Assembly: GCA_009692765.1 (NCBI GenBank)
Contig: SHYQ01000002.1
Span: 12,476-76,475 of the forward strand
Reading direction: 5' to 3'
Source of the DNA: Dehalococcoidia bacterium
Lineage (GTDB): Bacteria; Chloroflexota; Dehalococcoidia; UBA2979
DNA length: 64,000 nucleotides
Part shown: positions 55,619-64,000 of the stretch, in pieces
How positions within the stretch are numbered: the stretch's first letter is position 1
Layout of the letters: every line of letters begins with the position of its first letter
Notes under the pieces: generated by a model
Seen by the model: only the letters and a program-made list of their open reading frames with translations
Database searches by the model: none
Told to the model about the DNA's origin: nothing
Position numbers and translations under genes: made by a program

Positions 55619-56515
55619 ATGGAGCGTCCGGAGCTGATCGTGCAGGAACCCATCGTGCAGGCGCCCGCCGCGCCGGAGCCGCAGCGGCGCGACTTCTTCC
55701 AGGTCGGGACGGCGAGCGGCCGCGTCGAGCGCGCCGAGCGCCGGGTGTCCGTGGCCGTCGAGGACGTCTCGGCGTGGTACGGCTCGAAGCTCGCCGTCGC
55801 GGGGGTGTCGTTCGAGGTCCTCGCGCACTCGGTGACCGCGCTGATCGGCCCGTCGGGCTGCGGCAAGTCGACGGTGCTGCGCTGCATCAACCGCATGCAC
55901 GAGATCAACGTTGGCGCCCGCGTCGAGGGCACGGTGCGCCTCGAGGGCGCGGACGTGTACGGGCCGAACGTGGACGCGACGCGCGTGCGCCAGCGCGTCG
56001 GGATGGTGTTCCAGAAGCCCAACCCCTTCCCCACGATGTCGATCGCGGAGAACGTCGCGGCGGGCCTGCGCTTCATGAAGATCGGCACCAAGTCCGAGGA
56101 GCGCGACCGTGTCGAGGAGGCGCTGCGGGCGGCGGCGCTCTGGGATGAGGTGAAGGACGACCTCAACAAGTCCGGGATGGCGTTGTCGGGCGGCCAGCAG
56201 CAGCGTCTCTGCATCGCCCGCACGATCGCGGTCGAGCCCGAGGTGGTGCTGATGGACGAGCCCTGCTCCGCGCTCGACCCGGTCGCGACGCTGAAGATCG
56301 AAGACCTGATGGCCGAGCTCGCGCAGCGCTACACGATCGTGATCGTGACGCACAACCTGCAGCAGGCGGCCCGCGTGGCGGACTACACGGGCTTCATCCT
56401 GCTGGAGCAGTCGGACAGCGCGGGGCACCTCATCGAATACTCGCCCACCTCCGACCTCTTCACGCACCCGCGCGACAAGCGCACGGAGGACTTCATCACC
56501 GGCCGCTTCGGCTAG
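55619..56515 (+). CDS. pstB: phosphate ABC transporter ATP-binding protein PstB
   Basis: Walker [10 protein letters not shown], signature [13 protein letters not shown], Walker B VVLMDEP, C-terminal [10 protein letters not shown]. The N-terminal ~45 aa extension leaves the start uncertain. Confidence 0.95.
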   Translation: MERPELIVQEPIVQAPAAPEPQRRDFFQVGTASGRVERAERRVSVAVEDVSAWYGSKLAVAGVSFEVLAHSVTALIGPSGCGKSTVLRCINRMHEINVGARVEGTVRLEGADVYGPNVDATRVRQRVGMVFQKPNPFPTMSIAENVAAGLRFMKIGTKSEERDRVEEALRAAALWDEVKDDLNKSGMALSGGQQQRLCIARTIAVEPEVVLMDEPCSALDPVATLKIEDLMAELAQRYTIVIVTHNLQQAARVADYTGFILLEQSDSAGHLIEYSPTSDLFTHPRDKRTEDFITGRFG

Positions 56516-56524
56516 GCGCTGTCG

Positions 56525-56940
56525 GCGCGGGGCGCTAACGAGGTTCCCCCGGGCCGTCGAGGCGCGCGCGGCGGGCGGCCCATCCCCCCTTCCCCCTTCC
56601 CCATCCCCCTGTCCCCTTCCCGGGGCGGGAAGGGGGTTCTGATGGAGAAGTGATGCGAGGGGGCTGCGCCCCTCGCGCTCCCCACGGAGGCGTGCGCAGC
56701 AGGCGCGCGCGGATGGGAGCGTGACGTTGCGATCGGAAGCCCCCTCCACGCACGGAGGGGGCAGACCTCGACGCCTCGCGCGAGGTTCGGCACGGGGGCC
56801 TGCCGCGCGCGTTCCGCCGGGGTGTGGGGGCGGCAGCCCCCACGATCTCCTCCGGACTCCCCTGTCCCGCGCGGCGGGAGAAGGGCCGGGGCCGAGGCTT
56901 CCCCTCCCGCGCCGACAACCGGTGCCCGCCTGCGCTCGCC
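56525..56940. repeat. composite repeat block (degenerate C, B, A-reverse variants)
   Basis: CCGTCGAGGCGCGCG..., GGCGGCCCATCCCCCCTTCCCCCTTCCCC..GGGGCGGGAAGGGGGTTC, GATGCGAGGGGGCTGCGCCCCTCGCGCTCCCCACGGAGGCGTGCGCAGCAGGCGCGCGC, degenerate A reverse GACTCCCCTGTCCCGCGCGGCGGGAGAAGGGCCGGGG. Confidence 0.8.
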
Positions 56941-56947
56941 TGGCGCG

Positions 56948-58045
56948 CTACGGCGCGCGCCACACCGTGACCGCGCCGTTCTCGGCGGAGGTGGCGAGCA
57001 GCCGCCCGTCGAGGGAGAACGTGACGTCGACGGCGTCCGGCACGGCGAGCGTCCGCAGCGGCGCGCCGCCGTCCCGCGCCCAGAGCGTGACGCCACCGCG
57101 GTTCGCCGTCGCGACCAGGCCGCCGTCCGGCGTGATCGCGATCGCGCGCGCCGGCCCGCCGGGATCCACCGCGCGCCCGGTCTCCCGGCCGGTCGCCGGA
57201 TCCCACCACTGGAGCACCCCCGGAGGCGTGCCCGATCCCCCCGCGCCGGGCGCCGAGGTCACGAAGCGCGACCCGTCCGCCGTGAACGCCGCCGCCGCCA
57301 CGAAGTCCTCGAAACGGAGCGTCGCGCCCAGGGCGTTCGTGGCGACGTCATGGAACTGCACGGTCGCGCGGGCGACCCAGGCGGCGCGGCGGCCGTCCTC
57401 GGACAACTGGACGCTATAGACGGGCGCCGCCGAGGTGAAGCCCGTCAGCTCGCCGGCCCGTGCGCCCGTGGCGACGTCCCACAGTGTCACCAGGTGCCGG
57501 TCAGCCGCCGTCAGCGCGACGAGGCTGCCGCCCTTCAGGAACACCGCCCCGGCGACTGCCGACGGCGGCGCGAGCGCGCGGAGCACCGGGCCGCCGAGCG
57601 CCTCGATGCGGGCGTCCGGCGCGCCGGGGCCGGAGGTACGGACGGTGGCGCCGTCCGGCCCAAGGGCGAGGAGCGTCTCGGGCCGGATCAGGTCGATCGA
57701 GAGCGCCTGGAGCAGCGGGTCGAAGCGCGAGACGCCCACGTCGCCTCGCACGATCAGGTGCTGGTCGACACCCCAGCGGAGGTGAGGGGCGGCGAACGTC
57801 TGGATCGCTTTGGGGCCGAAGAGCTTGCTTGCGTTCGCCGCGTCGAGGGCCGGCGGAGGCCCGAGTCCCGCCAGCAGCCCGCCCCCGCCGAAGCCGAGGG
57901 TCAGCCCCGTGGTGTTCAGCGGGGGCGTGAGGAGCGCCCGCTGCGGTCCGCGACGCCACGCCTCGGCGCCCAGCGCGACCGCGGCGGCCGCGAGGACGGC
58001 GATGGCGAGCAGGAGGGCCGCGCGAGGCGAGAACGTCGCGTGCAT
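56948..58045 (-). CDS. membrane-anchored WD40-like beta-propeller repeat protein
   Basis: N-terminal TM (AALLLAIAVLAAAAVALGA). Repeated blades ending in ...VTLWD/QFHDVAT/LQWWDPATG/VTLWARDGG/VTVWRAP. Confidence 0.7.
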   Translation of the reverse strand: MHATFSPRAALLLAIAVLAAAAVALGAEAWRRGPQRALLTPPLNTTGLTLGFGGGGLLAGLGPPPALDAANASKLFGPKAIQTFAAPHLRWGVDQHLIVRGDVGVSRFDPLLQALSIDLIRPETLLALGPDGATVRTSGPGAPDARIEALGGPVLRALAPPSAVAGAVFLKGGSLVALTAADRHLVTLWDVATGARAGELTGFTSAAPVYSVQLSEDGRRAAWVARATVQFHDVATNALGATLRFEDFVAAAAFTADGSRFVTSAPGAGGSGTPPGVLQWWDPATGRETGRAVDPGGPARAIAITPDGGLVATANRGGVTLWARDGGAPLRTLAVPDAVDVTFSLDGRLLATSAENGAVTVWRAP

Positions 58046-58213
58046 GCCTCGATCTTACGCCGGGGCGGCCCGCCCGGTCGCTCCTCGGACTTCTGGCGGG
58101 TCAGCGCGTCCGGAGGAAGCAGTCGAGAAGCCGTCAAGAAGCGGGGGCGACCGACCGACGATGGCAGCGCGGGATGAAACGCCCTCTGTTGGGCGTGCGC
58201 GTGCAGGGGTGAG

Positions 58214-59109
58214 GTGGCGCAGGGAGAAGCGCTCGCCCAACGCCGCGTGGAACTCGCGGAGGTTCCCGTGCTTCCGGCCGCCCGCGCCCGGGCGCTCTCC
58301 ATGCTCCAGAACGAGCACGTCTACCTGAGCGACCTCGCCGAGGTGATCGCGGCGGACCCCGGTCTGACGATGGTGCTGCTGCGCGCCGCGAACTCCGCCC
58401 AGTCGGCCTCCCGGCGGCGCATCGATAGCGCACGGGACGCGCTGATCCGCCTCGGGCTGACGGCCGCGAAGCGGATGGTCGCCGCGGCGATCGTGGGGAC
58501 GCGTTCGTCGACTTCAACGAGCGCGGGATCGACGTCGACGCCTTCTGCGCGCACTCCATTGCGATCGCCGTGGCCGCGGAGACGCGCGTGACCGCCGAAG
58601 CCAAGCCCGGGGCCTTCTCCGCCGGCCTGCTGCACGATGTGGGCCGGCTCGCCCTCGCGGCCGCAGCGGCGGCCGCGTACCCCGCGATCAGCCAGCGCGC
58701 CCGCGACGAGGAGATGGTACTGGCGGCCGAACGCCTGATCTTCCACGAGGATCACGCAGAGGCGGGCGGACGCATCCTCGATGCGTGGCAGCTCCCCGCC
58801 GAGATCATCGAGGCCGTCACTCTGCACCACGCGGAGCAGAAGGGCGAGCTCCACGAGGGGCTGCGCTACGCCCGCAGGCTCGCGGCGGAGGCTGGCTACA
58901 CCGATGGTCTCGCGCGCGCCTTCGAGACGCCGGTGCCGCCGGTCGCCGACATCACGGCGATCTCCGCGCTCCACGCGCGCGTCGAGTGGTACCGCTCCGC
59001 CATCCGTGGCGGCGCCGCAGCGACAGCTGCGCCCGCCGGCGGCCCTAGCGACCGAGGCCACGCAGCCGCCAGGCCAGCGGGAGCGCCGCGGCGGCCACGC
59101 CGATCTTGA
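58214..59109 (+). pseudogene. HDOD domain protein split by a 1-nt frameshift in a G-run (58495-58498)
   Basis: ORF1 carries DLAEVIAADPGLTMVLLRAANSA...IDSARDALIRLGL...MVAAAIVG. The family pattern continues as DAFVDFNERGIDVDAFCAHSIAIAVAAE...FSAGLLHDVGRLAL...HHAE only in the frame of ORF2 (58570-59109). One extra G would join them. Confidence 0.8.
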
Positions 59110-59632
59110 TGGCGTCGCCGAGGAGGAACGGCAGCACCCCCAGTGCCCACACGCGCTCCCAGCCGACGAAGCCCTGGAGCCACGCCACCCCGGCCGCGTA
59201 GATCACGATGTTCCCCAGCACCATCGCCGCCACCGTGAGCGTGGGTCGCCGGTCCCAGCCGCGCTCCGCCAGCGCGCCCACCAGCGCCATCGCCGGCAGG
59301 AACCCGACGAGGTACCCGGCGGACGGCTTCGCGAAGATCGCGAGGCCGGAGAAGCCGCCCGCGAACACCGGCAGCCCCGCCGCACCCGCCAGCACGTACG
59401 CCACGCCTGTCGCCAGGCCAAGCCGCGGCCCGTACGCCGCGCCCACCAGCAGCACCCCCAGCGTCTGGCCCGTGATCGGCACGGGCGTCACAGGGAGGCG
59501 CACGCTGAACTGCGCCGAGAGCCCGAGGATGGCGACGCCGATCGCCACCAGCGCCGCACTCGCGAGCGCGCGCGGCCACGTCGAGGGGATCGCCACCAGC
59601 GTGCGCCGGAGTGCGGGTGTGGTCATGGACAT
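59045..59632 (-). CDS. bioY: biotin transporter BioY
   Basis: PITGQTLGVLLVGAAYGPRLG...GGFSGLAIFAKPSAGYLVGF...PFLLGDAIKI. Confidence 0.9.
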   Translation of the reverse strand: MSMTTPALRRTLVAIPSTWPRALASAALVAIGVAILGLSAQFSVRLPVTPVPITGQTLGVLLVGAAYGPRLGLATGVAYVLAGAAGLPVFAGGFSGLAIFAKPSAGYLVGFLPAMALVGALAERGWDRRPTLTVAAMVLGNIVIYAAGVAWLQGFVGWERVWALGVLPFLLGDAIKIGVAAAALPLAWRLRGLGR

Positions 59633-59716
59633 GCGGGATCCCTTCGTGCGTTCGTGGACGGTGTCGAGGGTACCGGGTGAGGGGCCGCTGCCGAAAGAGA
59701 CGCTCGGCGGCGGCGG

Positions 59717-60127
59717 TCAGCGGTGCGTGGGGTGCTCGGACGCGACGGTCTCCAGCGGCTGGTTCGCGGTGGTGAGGTGGACGATGCGCGGGTGGTGGGT
59801 GGCCACCGCCGCCGAGGGGATCCACTCGTACGTGAGCACGATCACCAGGTCCCCGGGGTGCACGAGGTGCGCGGCGGCGCCGTTGATGCAGACCTCGCCC
59901 GTGCCGCGGCCACCCGGGATCGCGTACGTCTCCAGGCGCGCCCCGTTCGTGATGTCCAGGACGTGGACCTGCTCCCACTCCTCGATGCCGGAGGCCTCCA
60001 TGAGGTTGCGGTCGAGCGTGATGGAGCCGACGTAGTCGAGGTTCGCGTCGGTGACGACCGCGCGGTGGATCTTGCCGCGCAGCACGGAGCGCAGCGAGGT
60101 GCGTTCGGAGTCCGGGGAGGAGGTCAT
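59717..60127 (-). CDS. panD: aspartate 1-decarboxylase
   Basis: VLRGKIHRAVVTDANLDYVGSITLD (self-processing Gly-Ser), NGARLETYAIPG..GSGEV-like, INGAAAHLVHPGDLVI. Confidence 0.95.
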   Translation of the reverse strand: MTSSPDSERTSLRSVLRGKIHRAVVTDANLDYVGSITLDRNLMEASGIEEWEQVHVLDITNGARLETYAIPGGRGTGEVCINGAAAHLVHPGDLVIVLTYEWIPSAAVATHHPRIVHLTTANQPLETVASEHPTHR

Positions 60128-60314
60128 CGGGTGGGCTTCCTGTCTCGGCCGGGAACGGTCCGAGCGGGCGTGTGTCTCCGGCCAATGATCACAGACCGCG
60201 GCGACCGCGTCCACCCGCAAGCATCCGGCGACCGCCAGCGTTGCTAGGATGAGCCGCCGAGGCCACCCGGCCTCACCGGCATCTGCCCTCGTCCGCCGTC
60301 CGAAGGAGCCCGCT

Positions 60315-60863
60315 ATGTCTCGACTCCCGCCCCTCGACCTGACCCGGCTCGATCCGGAGCAGCAGCGCGTCGCGGACGCCATCCGCTCCGGCCCGCGCGG
60401 CGCGGTGATCGGGCCGCTCGAGGTGTGGCTGCGCAGCCCCGGCCTCGCCGACCCGGCGCAGCGCCTCGGTGCGTTCTGCCGCTACCACAGCGCGCTGCCG
60501 TCGGAGCTGTCCGAGCTCGCGATCATCCTCGTCGGGAAGCACTGGCAGTCGGCGTACGAGTTCGCCGCGCACGCCCCCCTGGCGATCGCGGCAGGCGCGG
60601 GCGCGGCGGTCGTCGAGGCGATCCGCGCGGGGACGCCGCCGCCGTACACGGACGCGCGCGCGGCGGCGATCCACGCGCTCGTGACGGAGTACCTCTCGAC
60701 GCACGCGGTCGCGGACACCACGTACCAGCGCGCGGTGGAGTTGCTCGGCGAGCGGGGCGTCGTCGATCTCGTCGGGATCATCGGCTACTACTGCCTGATC
60801 TGCGTGACGCTCAACGTGTTCGAGGTGCCGCTGCCCGAGGGCACGATCGCGCCGGTGCTCTAA
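60315..60863 (+). CDS. carboxymuconolactone decarboxylase (AhpD-like) family protein
   Basis: LSELAIILVGKHWQSAYEFAAHAPLA... and VDLVGIIGYYCLICVTLN. SD GAAGGAG precedes ATG 60315. Confidence 0.75.
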   Translation: MSRLPPLDLTRLDPEQQRVADAIRSGPRGAVIGPLEVWLRSPGLADPAQRLGAFCRYHSALPSELSELAIILVGKHWQSAYEFAAHAPLAIAAGAGAAVVEAIRAGTPPPYTDARAAAIHALVTEYLSTHAVADTTYQRAVELLGERGVVDLVGIIGYYCLICVTLNVFEVPLPEGTIAPVL

Positions 60864-60947
60864 CCGGGACGTCGAGGCGCGCGTTTCGCCTCGCGCGCCG
60901 CACGGCTAGGATGGCGGCGCACCCAGGACGGATTCGAGAGGACGGCC

Positions 60948-61316
60948 ATGACGCTCAAGATCATCCACGCGCACGAGGGTGAGATCGCGAACCGCACGGG
61001 ACAGCCCATCTTCGAAGGCGACGTGCGCGGCCGCACGATCGTCGACGCGACGTTGAGCGAGCACGTGGCGGCCTCGTACGTGCACTTCCAGCCGGGCGCG
61101 CGTACGCGCATGCACCGGCACACGAGCGATCAGCTGCTCGTGATCACGGGCGGCGTCGGGCAGGTCGGCGACACGCACGGCGACCACACCGTCGCCGCCG
61201 GCGACTGCGTCTTCATCCCCGCGAACGAGGATCACTGGCACGGCGCCGGCAACACCGGCTTGCCGATGGTGCACATGACCGTGACGCTCGCCAGCAGCCA
61301 GACGACCGTCCTCTAG
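60948..61316 (+). CDS. cupin domain protein
   Basis: YVHFQPGARTRMHRHTSDQLLVITGGVGQVG......GDCVFIPANEDHWHG (two-motif cupin His ligands). Confidence 0.85.
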   Translation: MTLKIIHAHEGEIANRTGQPIFEGDVRGRTIVDATLSEHVAASYVHFQPGARTRMHRHTSDQLLVITGGVGQVGDTHGDHTVAAGDCVFIPANEDHWHGAGNTGLPMVHMTVTLASSQTTVL

Positions 61317-61324
61317 GGTCTTCG

Positions 61325-61695
61325 ACCCGTTCGTGGCTGCCGCTGCTCGCTGCGGACCGGCCAGGACTGAGTGGGGCGGCCCGCCCCCTGCCCTCTCGCG
61401 GGCGGCCCACCCCCTGCCCCCTCCCTGCGCGGGAGGGGGTTCTGAGATCAGAAGGGGATGCGAGGGGGCTGCGCCCCTCGCGCTCCCGGCGGAACGGCGC
61501 GCGGTAGGCGCGCCTCGGACTTCGCGCGAAGCGCCGAAGCCGGACTCCCCCTTCCCGCCAGGGAAGGGGGCCGGGGGGATGGGAGAAATCTCATCCCTCT
61601 TCAGAACCCCCTCCCGCGCAGGGAGGGGGCAGGGGGTGGGTCGCCCCCCGCAGCCACCTCGACGTCCGCCCGGCCCTCGCGGCTCCGCTCCGCGC
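61325..61695. repeat. composite repeat block (D-like, C forward, B forward, C variant, C reverse)
   Basis: GGCGGCCCACCCCCTGCCCCCTCCCTGCGCGGGAGGGGGTTC, GATGCGAGGGGGCTGCGCCCCTCGCGCTCCCGGCGGAACGGCGCGCGGTAGGCGCGCC, GACTCCCCCTTCCCGCCAGGGAAGGGGGCCGGGGGGATGGGAGA. Ends CACCTCGAC. Confidence 0.9.
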
Positions 61696-61703
61696 GGCGA
61701 TCG

Positions 61704-62657
61704 CTATCCGGCGATCGCCTTGTGCGCTGCGGCGACGGCGGCGAACGCGCTCGCGATGCTGCCCGCGCGGTCGGCGGGGTCGAGGAGCGGGTGCGCCAGC
61801 ACCTCGCCGCAGCCGTCGATGATGTAGCCGCGCAGCCGCTCCGTGATCTCCGCCTGCGTGCCGGAGACGACGAGGTCGTCCAGCATCTCGTCGCTGTAGC
61901 CCTCGTTCGCCGTGGGGAAGCCGGCTTCGCGGAACATCGCGAGGTAGAACGGCGAGGTCATGTAGCTGCCGAGCTGCTTGCGCGCGAGGTCGCGCACCGC
62001 CGCGCGGTCCGAGGACACCGCGACCGGCACGTGCGCGATCAGCGGCGGGGTGGCGCGGTTGCCGCGCTTCGCGCCGGCGGCCAGCGCGGGCAGTCCCTGC
62101 GTGACGAGGTAGTGCTTCGGGCACATCCACGAGATCGCGCCGTCGGCGAGCTGGCCGCACAACTCGAAGGACTTCGGTCGGAGCGCGGAGGCCAGCAGCT
62201 CGAACGGTACGGGCGCGCGCCAGGTCGCCACCGCCGTGATGTGCTCGCCAACGAAGTCCACCTTGCCCGTCGTGCTCAGCGTGCGCAGCACTGTGAGGTA
62301 CTCGCGCAGCTCCGTCAGCGGGTGGTGGAACGCCGCGCCGTAGGAGCGCGTCATGCTCGCCTCGTGCGATGGCCCGACGCCGAGGCGCAGGCGGCCGGGC
62401 GCCAGCTGCTCGATCGTCATCGCCTGCGACGCCATCACGAGCGGGTGGCGCGGCCATGTCGGCACGATCGCCGTCCCCAGGCGGATCGTCGAGGTGCCCG
62501 CCAGCGCCGCGGCGTACGCGGTGAGCGTGTCCCCGCCGGCCGCGCCGCCGATGGTGCACCACGCGACGGGCACCCCCGCGCGCTCCGCCTGCTGCACCTG
62601 CGCGACGAATTCGCGTGCCTCGGTCGCCTGGATCGCTACGCCAACGGTGGGGGCCAT
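61704..62657 (-). CDS. LLM-class (luciferase-like) flavin/F420-dependent oxidoreductase
   Basis: IRLGTAIVPTWPRHPLVMASQAMTIEQLAPGRLRLGVGPSH..., GAISWM..., VVSGTQAEITERL. Confidence 0.85.
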   Translation of the reverse strand: MAPTVGVAIQATEAREFVAQVQQAERAGVPVAWCTIGGAAGGDTLTAYAAALAGTSTIRLGTAIVPTWPRHPLVMASQAMTIEQLAPGRLRLGVGPSHEASMTRSYGAAFHHPLTELREYLTVLRTLSTTGKVDFVGEHITAVATWRAPVPFELLASALRPKSFELCGQLADGAISWMCPKHYLVTQGLPALAAGAKRGNRATPPLIAHVPVAVSSDRAAVRDLARKQLGSYMTSPFYLAMFREAGFPTANEGYSDEMLDDLVVSGTQAEITERLRGYIIDGCGEVLAHPLLDPADRAGSIASAFAAVAAAHKAIAG

Positions 62658-62842
62658 GTGCTCGTTCCTCTTCGTGCGTTCGTGCGGGACTCGGAGGCTG
62701 CGGTCGGGTCATGCCGCCGCCGGCACGCGGGGCGGCGATCCAACTGGGCGCCTGCGGCATGATACCGGCCAACACGATACCGGCCAGCGCGCCCGGAGTC
62801 GCCGTGCCCGTCGAGGCGCGGGCGGTAGGCGGTCGCGGTGCG

Positions 62843-62848
62843 TACGAT
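62843..62848 (+). promoter_or_regulatory. candidate -10 hexamer TACGAT, 6 nt upstream of ATG 62855 (leaderless-type)
   Basis: TACGAT-N6-ATG. Confidence 0.35.
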
Positions 62849-62854
62849 GCAGCG

Positions 62855-64000
62855 ATGGTCCGTCGGCTGCTCCCCAACGTCTATGAGGGCTGGATCGTCG
62901 TCGGCGCGTCGGCGCTCGTGGTGCTGCTGATCGGCGCGACGTTCTTCTACGGCTTCGGCACGATCTTCAACGAGGTGATCGAGGAGTTCGGCTGGAGCGT
63001 GGCGGCGACCTCGCTCGCCTTCTCGCTGCGCTCGGAGGTCGGCGGCATCGCGGCGCCGTTCGTTGGGTGGGCGATCGACCGCCTCGGCGTGCGGCGCGTG
63101 CTGATGGCGGGCATCCTCGTCACCGGCGGCGGCGTGCTCGCGATGTCGTACATCCAGAACATCTGGCAGTTCTACGCCGCGATGTTCGTGATCGCGCTGG
63201 GCGGCTCCGCCTCCGGCGGCGGGTCGGGCATCGTCGCGATCGCGACGTGGTTCGAGCGCCGCCGCGCGCTGGCGATGTCGCTGATGACGGTAGGCGGCGG
63301 CATCGGCGGCGTGCTGGTCGTCGGCATCGCGGCGCTCGTCGAGGCCTTCGGGTGGCGCGGCGCGCTGCGCCTGCTCGCGCTCGCGATGCTCACGATTGGC
63401 CCGCTGATGGCGATCGACGTCCGCTCGCGGCCCCCGGGGCACCCGCAGCCGATGGACGGCGCGCGTGCGCGGCTGCCGGGCGAGGAGGAGACGCCCGTGC
63501 TCAACTGGGGCGTGCCGGTGCGCCTGGTGGTGCGGTCGCGCGCGTTCCTGCTGCTGACGGGCGCGCTCCTGGCGCTGGCGTTCTCCACGACCGCCGTCGT
63601 GGTGCACCAGGTGCCGTACATGGAGCGGGAGATCGGCGTGTCGAAGGCGGTCGCGGGGACGAGCGTCGCGGTGTTCACGATCACCTCGATCATCGGGCGG
63701 CTCGCGGTCGGGATTCTCGGCGACCGCTACTCGAAGCAGTGGCTGATGGCGGGGTGCGGGCTGCTGATCGCCGCGGGCTCGCTCGTCCTTGCGCTGGCGG
63801 ACAGCTACGGCGAGGCGACCATCGGCATCATGCTGATCGCGCCGGGCTTCGGCGGGTCGATCCCGGTACGTCCGGCGATCCTCGCGGACTACTTCGGCAC
63901 GCGCTCGTTCGGGACGATCAACGGCATCGCGACGCTGCTGTCCACCAGCGGCAGCGCGCTCGGCCCGTGGCTGGTGGGGCTGCTCGTCGACGTCACCGGC
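62855..64000 (+). CDS. MFS transporter (3' end outside window)
   Basis: The frame is open from ATG 62855 to the window end; it is absent from the ORF track because there is no stop. About 11 TM helices. WAIDRLGVRRVLMAG (MFS motif A-like) and GILGDRYSK. Confidence 0.8.
   Translation, partial: MVRRLLPNVYEGWIVVGASALVVLLIGATFFYGFGTIFNEVIEEFGWSVAATSLAFSLRSEVGGIAAPFVGWAIDRLGVRRVLMAGILVTGGGVLAMSYIQNIWQFYAAMFVIALGGSASGGGSGIVAIATWFERRRALAMSLMTVGGGIGGVLVVGIAALVEAFGWRGALRLLALAMLTIGPLMAIDVRSRPPGHPQPMDGARARLPGEEETPVLNWGVPVRLVVRSRAFLLLTGALLALAFSTTAVVVHQVPYMEREIGVSKAVAGTSVAVFTITSIIGRLAVGILGDRYSKQWLMAGCGLLIAAGSLVLALADSYGEATIGIMLIAPGFGGSIPVRPAILADYFGTRSFGTINGIATLLSTSGSALGPWLVGLLVDVTG

Overview
Very GC-rich (over 70% by eye) bacterial chromosomal segment. 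I support about 60 protein-coding genes, mostly housekeeping and accessory metabolism. I recognised no rRNA, tRNA, CRISPR array, transposase, integrase or phage gene. Recognisable units: a glnD-like gene; a convergent Dam-type methyltransferase and PD-(D/E)XK nuclease pair; an ECF sigma/anti-sigma pair; argC; two tandem ClpS paralogs; a copper operon (HMA-like protein, csoR, copA, GYD); orn; a CCAEP-tail radical SAM gene in a membrane/redox cluster next to a DtxR-family regulator; pstCAB; bioY; panD; and several alpha/beta hydrolases and methyltransferases. The strongest signal not explained by genes is a modular family of GC-rich hairpin repeats. It fills about 18 intergenic loci, roughly a tenth of the window by my estimate, mostly between convergent gene ends. 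It includes a 5-unit tandem array, MITE-like inverted arrangements and one apparent gene truncation. A second theme is an excess of gene lesions: one in-frame amber codon, two frameshifts, and two genes whose conserved N-termini lie upstream of any canonical start. These are either assembly errors or real pseudogenisation. Because of the GC content, many long ORFs in the supplied track are antisense or off-frame shadows. I called genes only where the translation shows recognisable family motifs or convincing start and coupling signals. Taxon is not determinable from here. Gene content and leaderless TANNNT promoters fit a high-GC Actinomycetota- or Chloroflexota-like organism. All family assignments rest on motif recognition by eye, not on searches.
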